This document shows positions 15,673 to 27,251 of a stretch of DNA of 64,000 nt, piece after piece (within the stretch, counting starts at the first letter, position 1; the number at the start of each line of letters is the position of its first letter). The notes under the pieces were generated by a model. That model did not search any database, was not told where the DNA came from, and saw only the letters and a program-made list of their open reading frames with translations. The position numbers were made by a program, and so were the translations under genes. Source of the stretch: Octopus vulgaris (Eukaryota); contig OX597823.1 in the NCBI GenBank assembly GCA_951406725.2, positions 56,730,001 to 56,794,000 of the forward strand, written 5' to 3'.

Positions 15673-15728
15673 AATATATAGATAAATAGATAGATAGGTA
15701 TATACATACACATGTACATGTATTGTTT

Positions 15729-15856
15729 CCCAATCAGATGGTTCCGGGTTCAGTCCACTGCGTGGCACCTTGGGCAGGTGTCTTCTAGTATAGCCTCGGG
15801 TCGACCAAAGCCTTGTGAGTGGATTTGGTAGACGGAATCTGAAAGAAGCCCGTCGT

Positions 15857-15915
<59 letters not shown>

Positions 15916-15933
15916 TGTATGTATGTATGTATG

Positions 15934-15967
<34 letters not shown>

Positions 15968-16210
15968 TGTATGTATGTATGTGTATATGTTTGTGTGTCT
16001 GTGTTTGTCCCCACAGCATCACTAGACAGCCGATGCTGGTGTGTTTACGTCCCTGTAACTTAGCGGTTCGATAAAAGAGACCGATAAAATAAGTACTAGG
16101 CTTACAAAGAATAAATCTTGGGGTCGATTTGCTCGATCGACTAAAGGTGGTGCTCCAGCATGGCCACAGTCAAATGACTGAAACGAGTAAAAGAGTAAAG
16201 GAATAAAAGA
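15729..16210 (+). mobile_element. SINE family B, immediately upstream of the PLE
   Basis: Similar to 45103-45498. Confidence 0.9.
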
Positions 16211-16667
16211 ATATATGTATATTTATGTACATATATATATATATATTTGAACTTTCAACCTTGAACTTGTTCGCATAAACTGTCCCGTTTGTTGTATTTT
16301 TATTTTCTCTTATATTACCACTTTTTTTACATTCATTTCATGCTTCCCACATTTTCCTGAATTTTTGTTCTCCTTTCCGTCTTTCTGCCCTCTCTGGATG
16401 TCCATACTCCGTTTCCTCTGCCTGCACCCCCCCTTTTTTGCCTCCCCCTCTCTCTGCTTCCCTTCTTTCTTTCCTTTTCCGTTTGCCCCGTCTTTTCTGC
16501 CCCTATCGCTTACTTATCTAGTTTTTTCATACGATTATTATTTTTTTTGTTTTTTTGAACGTTTGTTTTTTCCCCTTTTTTCGCTATCCCCTTTTTTTCT
16601 ATTTTTTTCATACGATAATTTTTGTTTTTTTTGTTTTTTCGAACGTTTTTTTTTCCGCTATCCCATC

Positions 16668-19600
16668 ATGCCGGATCCTAGGTCCTACCTCCTCACCCTC
16701 CATCACCGTTTGAAGGATCATCTACGTTCGCTTCCTGTATATTGCCTTCAGCCGTCCGTTAATCTCTCTCTACTTCTTTTTAAAAAAACCCGCTTCTCTA
16801 GCCATGTCTCTTTCCTAAGCCGCTGCCTACATCACCGACTCATCCCTAAAGGTTTCCGCCTCCACTTCCACCCTGCTCTCCACTCGGATTCTTCCATCTT
16901 ACCCATACTCCGCACCACATCTTACCGCCTTATGCGGGCCACCATTCGCTCCAATCTCTCCAAACTACATGCCATCAACCGCCTTCTTCCTCCTGCTTTC
17001 TCCACCTTCTTCTCCTCTCTGCCGCCTCTCTATGCTCCAAACACGCTACGCTTCATTATCCATTTGAATCAACTCTTCCATCAATTTCTTTCTGATACCA
17101 AACTTCGTAAACTCCAATCACTCTTCCATTCCACCCTACCCGACGCCACTACCCCAACTCCTCCACCACCCTTCTCCCCTCCCGATAGGCTCCATCCACC
17201 CACACCTAACCCCACTGCCCCTCCCTACAACCCCTTCTCCCCTCCCGTTAGGCTCCATCCACCTACACCTAACCCTACTGCCCCGCCCAACCACCCCCCA
17301 CACACCTCCCCAATCCCTCCCCCTCAGACCTCCACGAGACCTACCACCCCTCCTACTTCTATTCCACCCACCCCTTCTCCACTTCCGTCTGTTGTTACCA
17401 TTCCCCCCGATCTTCCCCTCTCTGCGGCTGAACGCTCCGTCCTTGGTAGGGGTCTGCGTTTCATCCCCCTCACTCCATCCTGTAAGGAATTCCAGACGCG
17501 AGTTGATGTCCACAGCTTTGTGCGCCGTGTCCGGTTGGGTGCGCATTACCACGACTCGCCACCCACACCCAACGAAGAGGACGACTGCTTCACTGGCCTG
17601 GGCCGCCGACCATCCCCGTGGACGCCTGCTCCTGGCCAGATCCTAGCAGTGGATCTTTTCGCGGGCGCTTGTCAGCGTGCATTGGAGCGGTTCAACTTCT
17701 CCAGGCGCCAACGCCGCCTCAACATCTCCCCGGCTGAGCTCTTGGCTCTTCGTTCCCTCCAACGGCGCGCTGACATTATCATCAAACCGGCTGACAAGGG
17801 TGGAGCTGTAGTGGTGTGGCGCGCGGACCTCTATAGGGCCGAGGCTTTCCGCCAACTCAATGACACCTCCTTCTATTCCCCTCTGCCCTCTAACCCCACA
17901 CGTAGCTACCAACAGACGGTATCCTCTACTGTCCAAGACCTCATCTCGTCCTCCCGTCTCCCCCGCACCGCATCCAACCTAATTGTGCGAACCCCACGTA
18001 CCCCCACCATTTACTTCCTCCCCAAAATCCACAAACCCAACAACCCTGGCCGCCCCATCGTCTCCGCCTGTAACTGCCCCACGGAGATCATCTCTAAATA
18101 CCTCGACCGTGTCCTTGCCCCCCTAGTGGCATCTCTTCCCTCCCACATCCACGATACCAACCATGCTCTCCGGCTTTTCAACTCTTTCTCCTTTCCTCCC
18201 GGCTCCTCCAAAATCCTTTTTACTATGGACATCCAAAGCCTCTATACTGTTATCCCTCACCACGAAGGACTGCAGGCCCTTCGACACTTTCTTGACCTCC
18301 GCTCTAACCCTGTACCTGACACCTCCACACTCATTCGTCTGGCCGAACTTGTCCTTACTCTGAACTGCTTCTCGTTCGCGGGCGAGTTCTACCATCAGTT
18401 CTCGGGAGTGGCCATGGGAACGCGAATGGGCCCCAACTATGCGAACCTGTTCGTTGGCTATGTTGAGGCCCAAATATTCTCTAATTTCACTGGTCCCACT
18501 CCTGAACTATATGGTCGTTATATTGACGACATTATCGGTGCCACCTCACTCTCCCGCGAACATCTAGATTCCTTCCTCTCTTTCGTCCAATCTTTCCATC
18601 CAGCCCTCCACTTCACTTCCACTATCTCCAACACCTCTGTCTCCTTCCTCGACATTTCGGTTAGCATTCTTCACTCCACTCTTACCACCTCCATTCACTA
18701 CAAACACACAGACTCACACTCATACCTCAACTTCTCTTCCTCCCACCCAGAACACACCAAGCTTTCCATCCCCTATTCCCAATTCCTCCGTCTACGTAGG
18801 CTCTGTAGTGACGACCATGACTTTGAGACTCAGTCTCAACGTATGGCTCACCACTTCACCCTACGTGGATACCCCCTCACCACTATCCACACCGCCCTTG
18901 CCAGAGCACGGTCCGTGGACCGTGTATCTGCTCTCTCTCCCCGAACCCGCCCTGTAGTCTCCCGCCTCCCTTTTCCCCTCACTTACCACCCCACGACTCT
19001 ACGTCTCCAACGCACCATTCTTCGAGCTTTCCGTCATCTCCAGTCCGACCCGTCCACTTCACACCTCTTCCCTAACCGACCCCTCCCCTCTTTCAAACGA
19101 GCCCACAACCTTCGAGACCTTTTGGTCCATAGCTCCTTCCCTGACCCTACCTCCCAACCCGGCTCGTTCCCCTGCTCCCGCCCACGTTGCCGCACTTGCC
19201 CTTACCTCTCCAACACCACCCGCCTCACTAGCACCCACCATCGACCCTATCCCATCATCCACTCCTTCACCTGCACCTCCAGCAATATTATCTATTGCAT
19301 CTCTTGCTCTCTCTGCAATTCCTTGTATATCGGACAAACGGGACGCCGCTTGGCTGACCGGTTCGCGGAACACCTTCGTGACATCCACCTTGCGAACGAC
19401 ACACCGGTCTCACGCCATTTCCGCTCCACCGGTCACTCCTTGCAACACCTATCTGTGTTCGGTTTGTCCTTACACAGAGGCCATCCGGATTCCCGTTTGC
19501 GCCGTGAACAGGAATTAATCTTCTCTCTTCGCTCTTATACGCCATTTGGTCTCAACTCTCCCTCCTCCTCATCTAACCCCCCCTCCCCCTCCTCACCTAT

Positions 19601-19886
19601 CCTTTCTCCCCCCCGACCCCTACTTCTTCAGTCCTTCATCCTTTCACCCCTACTCCCCTTCCCTTCTTCCCTCTTTCTCCCTCCCTCTTCCCCTTCCCTC
19701 TGCTCCCTCACTCCCTCTCTCCCTCTTTCCTCCTTCATCCCCCTTCTCCCCATCCTCTCCTCTTCCCCCTTCTCCTCCCCCTCTTCTTACCCTCGCCTTC
19801 TCTCCCCCTCTTCTCCCCCTCCCCCTCTTCTCCTCACTACACCACATGACTTTACACATCACATCACATATGATGTGCCATACTAA
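16668..19886 (+). CDS. Penelope-like element (Neptune-type) polyprotein: N-terminal domain, reverse transcriptase, Cys linker, GIY-YIG endonuclease (~1072 aa)
   Basis: Uninterrupted ORF with an in-frame ATG at 16668 (MPDPRS) that precedes the PLE N-terminal motif FLSRCLHHRLIPKGFRL. RT motifs: KPADKGG, YFLPKIHK..PGRPIVS, FTMDIQSLYT, GVAMGTRMGPNYANLF, YGRYIDD (YIDD at 18519-18530). Linker CSRPRCRTC is Neptune-type. Endonuclease NIIYCISCSLCNSLYIGQTGRRLADRFAEH, ending PFGLN. Confidence 0.95.
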   Translation: MPDPRSYLLTLHHRLKDHLRSLPVYCLQPSVNLSLLLFKKTRFSSHVSFLSRCLHHRLIPKGFRLHFHPALHSDSSILPILRTTSYRLMRATIRSNLSKLHAINRLLPPAFSTFFSSLPPLYAPNTLRFIIHLNQLFHQFLSDTKLRKLQSLFHSTLPDATTPTPPPPFSPPDRLHPPTPNPTAPPYNPFSPPVRLHPPTPNPTAPPNHPPHTSPIPPPQTSTRPTTPPTSIPPTPSPLPSVVTIPPDLPLSAAERSVLGRGLRFIPLTPSCKEFQTRVDVHSFVRRVRLGAHYHDSPPTPNEEDDCFTGLGRRPSPWTPAPGQILAVDLFAGACQRALERFNFSRRQRRLNISPAELLALRSLQRRADIIIKPADKGGAVVVWRADLYRAEAFRQLNDTSFYSPLPSNPTRSYQQTVSSTVQDLISSSRLPRTASNLIVRTPRTPTIYFLPKIHKPNNPGRPIVSACNCPTEIISKYLDRVLAPLVASLPSHIHDTNHALRLFNSFSFPPGSSKILFTMDIQSLYTVIPHHEGLQALRHFLDLRSNPVPDTSTLIRLAELVLTLNCFSFAGEFYHQFSGVAMGTRMGPNYANLFVGYVEAQIFSNFTGPTPELYGRYIDDIIGATSLSREHLDSFLSFVQSFHPALHFTSTISNTSVSFLDISVSILHSTLTTSIHYKHTDSHSYLNFSSSHPEHTKLSIPYSQFLRLRRLCSDDHDFETQSQRMAHHFTLRGYPLTTIHTALARARSVDRVSALSPRTRPVVSRLPFPLTYHPTTLRLQRTILRAFRHLQSDPSTSHLFPNRPLPSFKRAHNLRDLLVHSSFPDPTSQPGSFPCSRPRCRTCPYLSNTTRLTSTHHRPYPIIHSFTCTSSNIIYCISCSLCNSLYIGQTGRRLADRFAEHLRDIHLANDTPVSRHFRSTGHSLQHLSVFGLSLHRGHPDSRLRREQELIFSLRSYTPFGLNSPSSSSNPPSPSSPILSPPRPLLLQSFILSPLLPFPSSLFLPPSSPSLCSLTPSLPLSSFIPLLPILSSSPFSSPSSYPRLLSPSSPPPPLLLTTPHDFTHHITYDVPY

Positions 19887-20216
19887 TACACACACCAACT
19901 AATACATACTAATACGTACTAATACATACCAGTACATACTAATACTTACACCAACCCTATACATACACACGTCCAGACCCCGCATACGCACTTATACTCT
20001 CTCACACACACACACACACACCTATACATACCAATACGTACTAATACATACTAATACATACTAATACATACACCAACCCCATACATACGCACGTCCAGAC
20101 CAATCTTACGCACTAATACTCTCTCATACACACACACACACACACACACCCTTATACATACTAATACATACACCAACCCTATACATACACACATCCAGAC
20201 CCCTCCCACGCACTTT
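19879..20216 (+). repeat. Hierarchical tandem repeat in the PLE 3' UTR (10-nt ATACTAATAC units inside 3 copies of a 100-122 nt unit)
   Basis: TCCAGAC recurs at 19972, 20094 and 20194, each preceded by (CATACTAATA)n and CACCAACCCYATACATAC. Confidence 0.85.
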
Positions 20217-20385
20217 TAGCTGGTCCCTCAACCCTTTTATCAACCCTATTATCTCCCCTTATTTCGCTCTCGCGTCTCATGTTTGATCTTTGACCTCTGG
20301 CCGAAATCAGATCGCCATGTTGATTCGTTAGCTACTGCACGCATTTTTTTCTCTCCTTCTTTCTGTGTTTTTCTCTCTCTGTGTA

Positions 20386-20423
20386 TCTTTCTGTTGAAGA
20401 GCGTAGGCTCGAAACGTTAAAGA
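20386..20423 (+). ncRNA. Minimal type-I hammerhead-like ribozyme in the PLE 3' end (variant core)
   Basis: TCTTT-CTGTTGA-A-GAGC(GTAG)GCTC-GAAAC-GTT-AAAGA. Stem I is TCTTT/AAAGA, stem II is GAGC/GCTC, and stem III is the loopless palindrome ACGT. Confidence 0.7.
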
Positions 20424-20517
20424 CTTGTTTTATTTATATTTCCTGAGCGCCATACTAATACAATTGTTCGTTTGTTTTCCACCTGCCTTCGTCTTTTGTT
20501 TATTTTCATAAAGCTTC

Positions 20518-20599
<82 letters not shown>

Positions 20600-20619
20600 G
20601 TGTTTGTGTGTGTGTATTT

Positions 20620-20830
20620 GTGTGTCTGTGTCCCCTCACCATCGCTTGACAACCGATGTTGGTGTGTTTACCTGCCCGTAACTTAGCGGTTCGGCAAAAG
20701 AGACTGATAGAATAAGTACTAGGCTTACAACGAATAAGTCCTGGGTGTCGATTTGTTCGACTAAAGGCGGTGCTCCAGCTTGGCCGCAGTCAAATGACTG
20801 AAACAAGTAAAAGAATAAATGAATAAAAGA
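20620..20830 (+). mobile_element. SINE family B 3' half
   Basis: Similar to 45300-45498. Confidence 0.85.
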
Positions 20831-20968
20831 ATATATGTGTATATGTGAATTGTTGCGGAACAGTTCCTTCCTCGAGTCTGAATGCAACATATTTCTTTCT
20901 TTCTTTCTTTCTTTCTTTAGTTATTTTAAATAATAATAATAATAATGATAGTAATGATAATAATATTA

Positions 20969-21079
<111 letters not shown>

Positions 21080-21360
21080 GGTAACTAGAATGTGGAACCT
21101 GAAAACAGAAACAATTCCTATCATAGTAGGTGCATTAGGCATGATAAAAAAATATTCAGACAAATACATAACAAAAACACCAGGACTTACAAACACATAT
21201 AACATACAGAAAATTGCACTACTAGGCACTGCACACATCCTACGCAGAACACTTTCCATACAATAACCATCAGAGCATCACAACAAATCACAGCACATAC
21301 CCAAGGCACACAGAGCTGCGCTCGGTAGTGAAGTGAAAGCACGCTATAAAAATAAAACTA

Positions 21361-21365
<5 letters not shown>
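21080..21365 (+). mobile_element. R4/Dong-type non-LTR retrotransposon 3' end in (TAA)n
   Basis: Translates RMWNLKTETIPIIVGALGMI...IQKIALLGTAHILRRTL*, the REL endonuclease C-terminus. Flanked by (TAA)n, the known Dong target. Confidence 0.85.
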
Positions 21366-21391
<26 letters not shown>

Positions 21392-21394
<3 letters not shown>

Positions 21395-21948
21395 GCCCTG
21401 ATGCAGTACCAGGCAGTGGCTCTCATGGCTTCTGATCTTAACTGATTGGAAGTGTTATCATGTACATTGTTTTGTCTTGTTATAAAAGATGGGCTACAGC
21501 AAATATTCTGCTCAATACCACAGATTTGCTTGTCAGTTGTTTGACCTTAACCAGTTGAGCATGTCCCTTAGTGGCTGACGATATGTGCATCTCTGATCAC
21601 GAGCAGAAGTAGTGGGGGAGCATCATAGCCATGTGTTGAGAGGGATTCTTTGGGGTTTGAATAATTCACCTCTGGAAACATGGGTGGTTCTTTCAACATC
21701 CTTAAACAACCCTTATTCAGGGACCTTTTGAGCGGGATGGGCTACTCAACCTGAAGAAAATTCTAACTGGGCCCCACAAGCAAGGTCATGTGCTGTTTAT
21801 CTTGATATGAGATCACCATGTCGCGCACATATGGTTGTGATGCATGTGCCTGGTGTACCCTTATCAGACGGGTAGTCATGATGGGTATATTGGGCTTCGT
21901 ATATTTTACCCCAGTGTCACTTTGATGGCATGCACTGCTCTCTCACTC
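21392..21948 (+). mobile_element. ~555-bp non-coding element targeting (TAA)n (copies 36263-36800 -, 36858-37195 -, 41015-41475 +)
   Basis: Four copies share sequence. The 5' end ATGCCCTGATGCA is identical in two copies. The 3' end CTCTCTCACTC is followed by a microsatellite in most copies. Confidence 0.8.
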
Positions 21949-21985
21949 AATAATAATAATAATAATAATAATAACAATAATAATA

Positions 21986-22061
<76 letters not shown>

Positions 22062-22092
22062 GAAGAAGAAGAAGAAGAAGAAGAAGATGATG

Positions 22093-22124
<32 letters not shown>

Positions 22125-22194
22125 GATGATGATGATGATTATGATGATGATGATGATGATAAGGATGATGATGATGAAGAAGATGAAGAACAAC

Positions 22195-22928
22195 AACAAT
22201 CCAGGAATAAGGATTCTGATAGATAGAAACAATTGCAATGCAGGCAGCTGGGCAGATGGATCCTATCAACTTTCAGAATGAGAGAACAGGAAACCACGAT
22301 TGTGCTCTGGGGGATATATGTCTTCAGCCGCTTGGACTACAGCTCCGTACTATGGTCACCACACAGTGTAAAAATCAACGGCGGAACTCGAGGCAATGCA
22401 GCGAAGCTGCATAAAGAAGATCGTCTCAATGCAACGTGCCAGCTACTGAGAAAGGCTGAATAACTTATGACTACTCCCAAGAACGGATGCGGGAAAGATA
22501 TGCCGCGATATACATCTGAAGAATCTTGGAAGGATTTGTACCAAATTTTAGCATTGAAAGTTACACAAACAACAGAACCGGTGCCACTGCATAATATAGC
22601 ATCAAGGATCTCAACATTGCCATCAAGATATAAGACCACATACTGCAACGTTTGACTTTCAAAGGCCCACAGTTCTTCATTATCTTTCCAAAAGCCTCAC
22701 AGGCCTGCATGACGTGGATGCAGGTGTGTTCAAAACAAAACCAGATATCCTCCTGTCAAAGATTCCAGATGAGCCTATCTCACGACAGGAAATGCAGATA
22801 CGGGCGGTAGCATCAAACTCCCTCATTCACCAAATGCTGCATAGGCGAACAGGTTTCAAGAAGGTTATAGCAAAGCTCACGGCGGTGCTCAAGCGTGGCC
22901 GCAGATCTCGAGCTGTAACTAGTTAAAG
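22195..22928 (+). pseudogene. CR1-group LINE 3' fragment
   Basis: TFRMRE...LWGIYVFSRLDYSSVLWSP is an RT C-terminal motif, followed by a degenerate ORF end and the 3' tail GGCGGTGCTCAAGCGTGGCCGCAG. Confidence 0.75.
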
Positions 22929-22949
22929 AGTTGTACATATGTATGTATA

Positions 22950-22981
<32 letters not shown>

Positions 22982-22992
<11 letters not shown>

Positions 22993-23107
22993 TTAGAGAC
23001 AAAACCACTATTTTGCAAAACAAACAAGGATCTCAACATTGCCATTGATTAAGTCTTTCCTTGTTTGTTTTGCAAAATAGTGGTTTTGTCTCTAATAATA
23101 TTATATA
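22982..23107. repeat. Perfect ~49-bp fold-back inside (TA)n
   Basis: Arms 22982-23030 and 23058-23107, with a 27-nt spacer. Confidence 0.9.
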
Positions 23108-23178
23108 ATATTTTACTATAAAATTGGATTTAATCCTAAATCTGATTTTTTCCCTGTAAATTTGGATTTATTCCCTAA

Positions 23179-23233
<55 letters not shown>

Positions 23234-23927
23234 GGGTAGATAAACAGAATTATTTTGTCATAACCAAAGATGCGAGCAATCAACATTGCAGACGATCGAA
23301 CTTAACGGAGACTCATTGACAAAAACAGTTTGCTGTTTTACGATGAAATAATCTTGCTTATGCACGTATAGCGTTAATAAATTCTACTGCTTTTCAACGT
23401 ATGTGTGTATTTAATACTTCTGTGACTTTACGAACCCTACCTGAAACAAATACAGTTAATTCATGGAAGAAATGAACACAGGACCGACGAAGGTCACTTC
23501 TTAAACTCAGTAAATCCATGCAAAAGATTCCGAGGGTCCATGAATTTGTTTTGAGCGGATAAAGTGTTTGCACAGTACTGAGCTCAATTTCCAGCGCAAT
23601 CAGCTATAAAACTAGTAGCACAATAGACGTTGAAACGACCAGAAACCAACAGCACTTTCGATTTTTTATGTGTTTGCATTCCCGTATGAGTTCTAACGTA
23701 AACAAGGGGGTCATTCACCTCCAGTGGTTCATGCTGGGACCCTGAAAAGTGCTATTTCTCCGATTGAGAGTTGATCTGGGAACAATTGTGGCTAAGAGAT
23801 AGCTCCACAATCCTTAAAACCCTGGAATACTCCGTGCCAGATCCCCGTTACTGAATGCATACCCAGAACGTACCCAAATACTTCTTGCACACACATACAC
23901 ACACACACGTATATATACATGTATGTA

Positions 23928-23988
<61 letters not shown>

Positions 23989-24005
23989 GTCTGTCTGTCT
24001 GTTTG

Positions 24006-24168
<163 letters not shown>

Positions 24169-24178
24169 GTCTGTCTGA

Positions 24179-24258
<80 letters not shown>

Positions 24259-24330
24259 GTTTATCTATCTCTTTTCTGCCTGTCTATCTCTTTCTCTCCC
24301 CCTCTCACTCTCTCTCTTTATACACACACT

Positions 24331-24361
<31 letters not shown>

Positions 24362-24725
24362 TTATATATGAAAACTAAATAATTAAGGACAGCAAATAAG
24401 ACAGATTGGAAATGAAGAATTTTGATACTGATAAACTTGAATACATAAACAGGCAGATTGTGATAAATTCATCGACAGATAATAAGACATACGTAACTAG
24501 AAAGGTAAACGAACAAATACACATATACACACAAACAGACACATCATGAAAAATAAATAGACGAAAAAAACACAGACATAACTAGAAACACAGGCGCGCA
24601 CACAAACAAGCACAGATAGACACACACACACATACATACACATACAGACACACACACATAAATTCACACGAACACAAACACGTACATATATATGTATATA
24701 TATTTGTCTGAGTGTACGTGCGTGC

Positions 24726-24759
<34 letters not shown>

Positions 24760-25261
24760 GAGCCAATAAATTACAAACACAGACAGCGGGGGGGGGCGGA
24801 ACCATGATTGAATGAAATATTCTAGGAGAGAGAGAGAGAGAGAGAGAACGAGCGAGAGATAGAGAGAGTGAGAGAGAGAAAGGAAGAGAGAGGGGAGAGA
24901 GAAGGAGAGACGGAGAGCGACAGAGAGAGGAAAAGAGTGTAAGAGAGAGAGAGAGAGAAATAGATAGAGGGTGAGCAGACCTCGAATTTTGCGATTGTTT
25001 CAAGCAAAGAAAGTTTGAAGAGAAAAACCATATTGTTTGTGTTGTGACAGTTATTTACAAGGTCTGTCACCATCGGTTCGACAGTTACGGACATATATAT
25101 TTGACAACGTCACATTCAGTTGTCATTGATATAGTGTTGCCATGTTTTCATATATTTTATACTGTCATTCTCTCTCTCTCCCCACATTTCTCTCTCTCTC
25201 TCTGTTTCTCTGTCTCTATCTTTCTCACTTACACACTAATATAAGCTTAAGTATACAGTGC

Positions 25262-25311
<50 letters not shown>

Positions 25312-25343
25312 TATATGAATGCAGGCATACATATGTCTATATA

Positions 25344-25382
<39 letters not shown>

Positions 25383-25529
25383 GCACGAACACACAAACTG
25401 ACACCCACCATGATAGACATAGACGACACACACACATGCTGCTTTATACAAATCAGTATCTGTCTATTAAACTATTAACATATATATATCTAAAAATCAG
25501 TAATATATGTATAAATACACACATACACC

Positions 25530-25633
<104 letters not shown>

Positions 25634-25642
25634 ATACACACA

Positions 25643-25686
<44 letters not shown>

Positions 25687-27217
25687 AATATATATGTGTG
25701 TATGTATATATATATTCTTATCAGCGTGATACTGTATGTTGTTGATGTCATAAGAATTTGCAAAATTTCTAAAGAAATAATAATTTTCTGATTTGTTTTC
25801 GCTTAGAATATACTCTGTGGCATGTCTTTATTAGATGTGGATTCCAGTCTCACGAGCAACCATCGACTTCTTTCTATCCAAAGGACTTTTGTACACAATA
25901 TATGCTGGCTATATTATTAATAAATTTATATGGGATACCGCGCAGCCTATTCTCCAAGAACGAATTATTTCACGTTCTCTCGAAAGTTTATGGATTGCTA
26001 TGACATCAACAATTAATACACACACACACACACATACACATGATATTTATGTCTTTTATCTTTTACTTGTTCCAGTCATTGGACTGCGGCCAAGCTGGAA
26101 CACCACCTTATTGGGTTTTTAGCAGAAAAAATCTGTCCCGGTACTTATTTCTAAAGTGTAGTACTTATTATATCGGTATCTTTTATCGAACCGCTAAGTT
26201 ATGAGGAGGAAACAAAGCAATACATGTTATCAAGCGGTGTAAGAAAAATACAGACATAAATACACTGATACACACACACACACACACAGGCACATGCATA
26301 TGTATACATATTGCGGGCTTCCACACTGTTTCCATCTACCAAATTGTACCACTTACAAGGTTTTGGTTGGCCTGAGATTACAGTAATAAAACACCCGAGG
26401 TGGCGTGGGGATGGAATCTGAAACCACGTGGTTACAAACTTTCAAAGCAAGCTTCTAAACCACACGGCTATATATTCATATATATTATATAAGTACACTT
26501 TGTGTCAAAATATTTTCCTTGCTTTGAAACCGCGACCTGTTCCTGACAAAACTTTGTACTGCATCTGAGATGCAGCATGAAGTTTTGTCAATGAAAAATA
26601 TTTTAACACAAATTAAATTTAAATGTTGAGACGAATCTAACGGTATTTTTTAATGTTCTTAAATGGCTTATAAATTTCTTGCACACTGCAATTGTTTTTG
26701 TTTCAGCAAACCATCTCAGATCAATTTAAAAGATGTTTATTTACTTTACCGGTTTCACTCTTTGGAAAAAGATTGTCAAAAGTAACATTTAGAAGTTTGG
26801 TTGCGTTAATTATTGGTTGTTGCAAATTGCTACATTACATATATACAGTCCTTGGTAACAGGGACATGTTAAGGACATAAAAAAGTCCAACACGTTCCTT
26901 AAAATATTGGGCACAAAAGATTACTACATAAATAATCGTTCTCAAGGACATACTTAAGATAGTTTCCAGAAGGAATTGATATTGGTATTGTATCTGTATA
27001 TTCAAACATGCACAGAATATTGGTTGACACAGAGTACTATAATCCATATAAATATACATTCTTTGGTGACAAGAGTATGTTGAGAATATAAAAAAGTTTA
27101 ACAAGCTCATCGAAGTAATGGGCACAAAAGATTACAACAAATATATTATACATCTCAAGATAATTTCCAGGAGGAATTATTAAAAAAGTTTAGTATACAC
27201 GTACAGAATATTATGAG

Positions 27218-27251
<34 letters not shown>

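Larger units (their letters stand above)
16247..20521 (+). mobile_element. Apparently complete Penelope-like retrotransposon inserted in (TA)n
   Basis: Pyrimidine-rich unit bounded by (TA)n at both ends. It has a T-rich leader, the RT/GIY-YIG ORF, a tandem-repeat 3' UTR and a terminal ~200-nt HHR-bearing segment that recurs at 57860-58061 and 37883-38077. Confidence 0.88.

Noticed and set aside
16365-16667. 101-aa F-rich N-terminal extension of the large ORF
   Set aside because: It starts at TTG in a poly-pyrimidine leader where stops are compositionally rare. Homology-like sequence begins after ATG 16668.
19557-19886. ~110-aa Pro/Ser/Leu C-terminal tail as a novel domain
   Set aside because: PLE proteins normally end shortly after the GLN motif. 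The extension is a CT-rich tract that avoids stops by composition, so it is translated but not evidence of a domain.
21392-21450. Antisense similarity to U2 snRNA
   Set aside because: Only two short imperfect matches with the wrong spacing; no Sm site or branch-pairing region.
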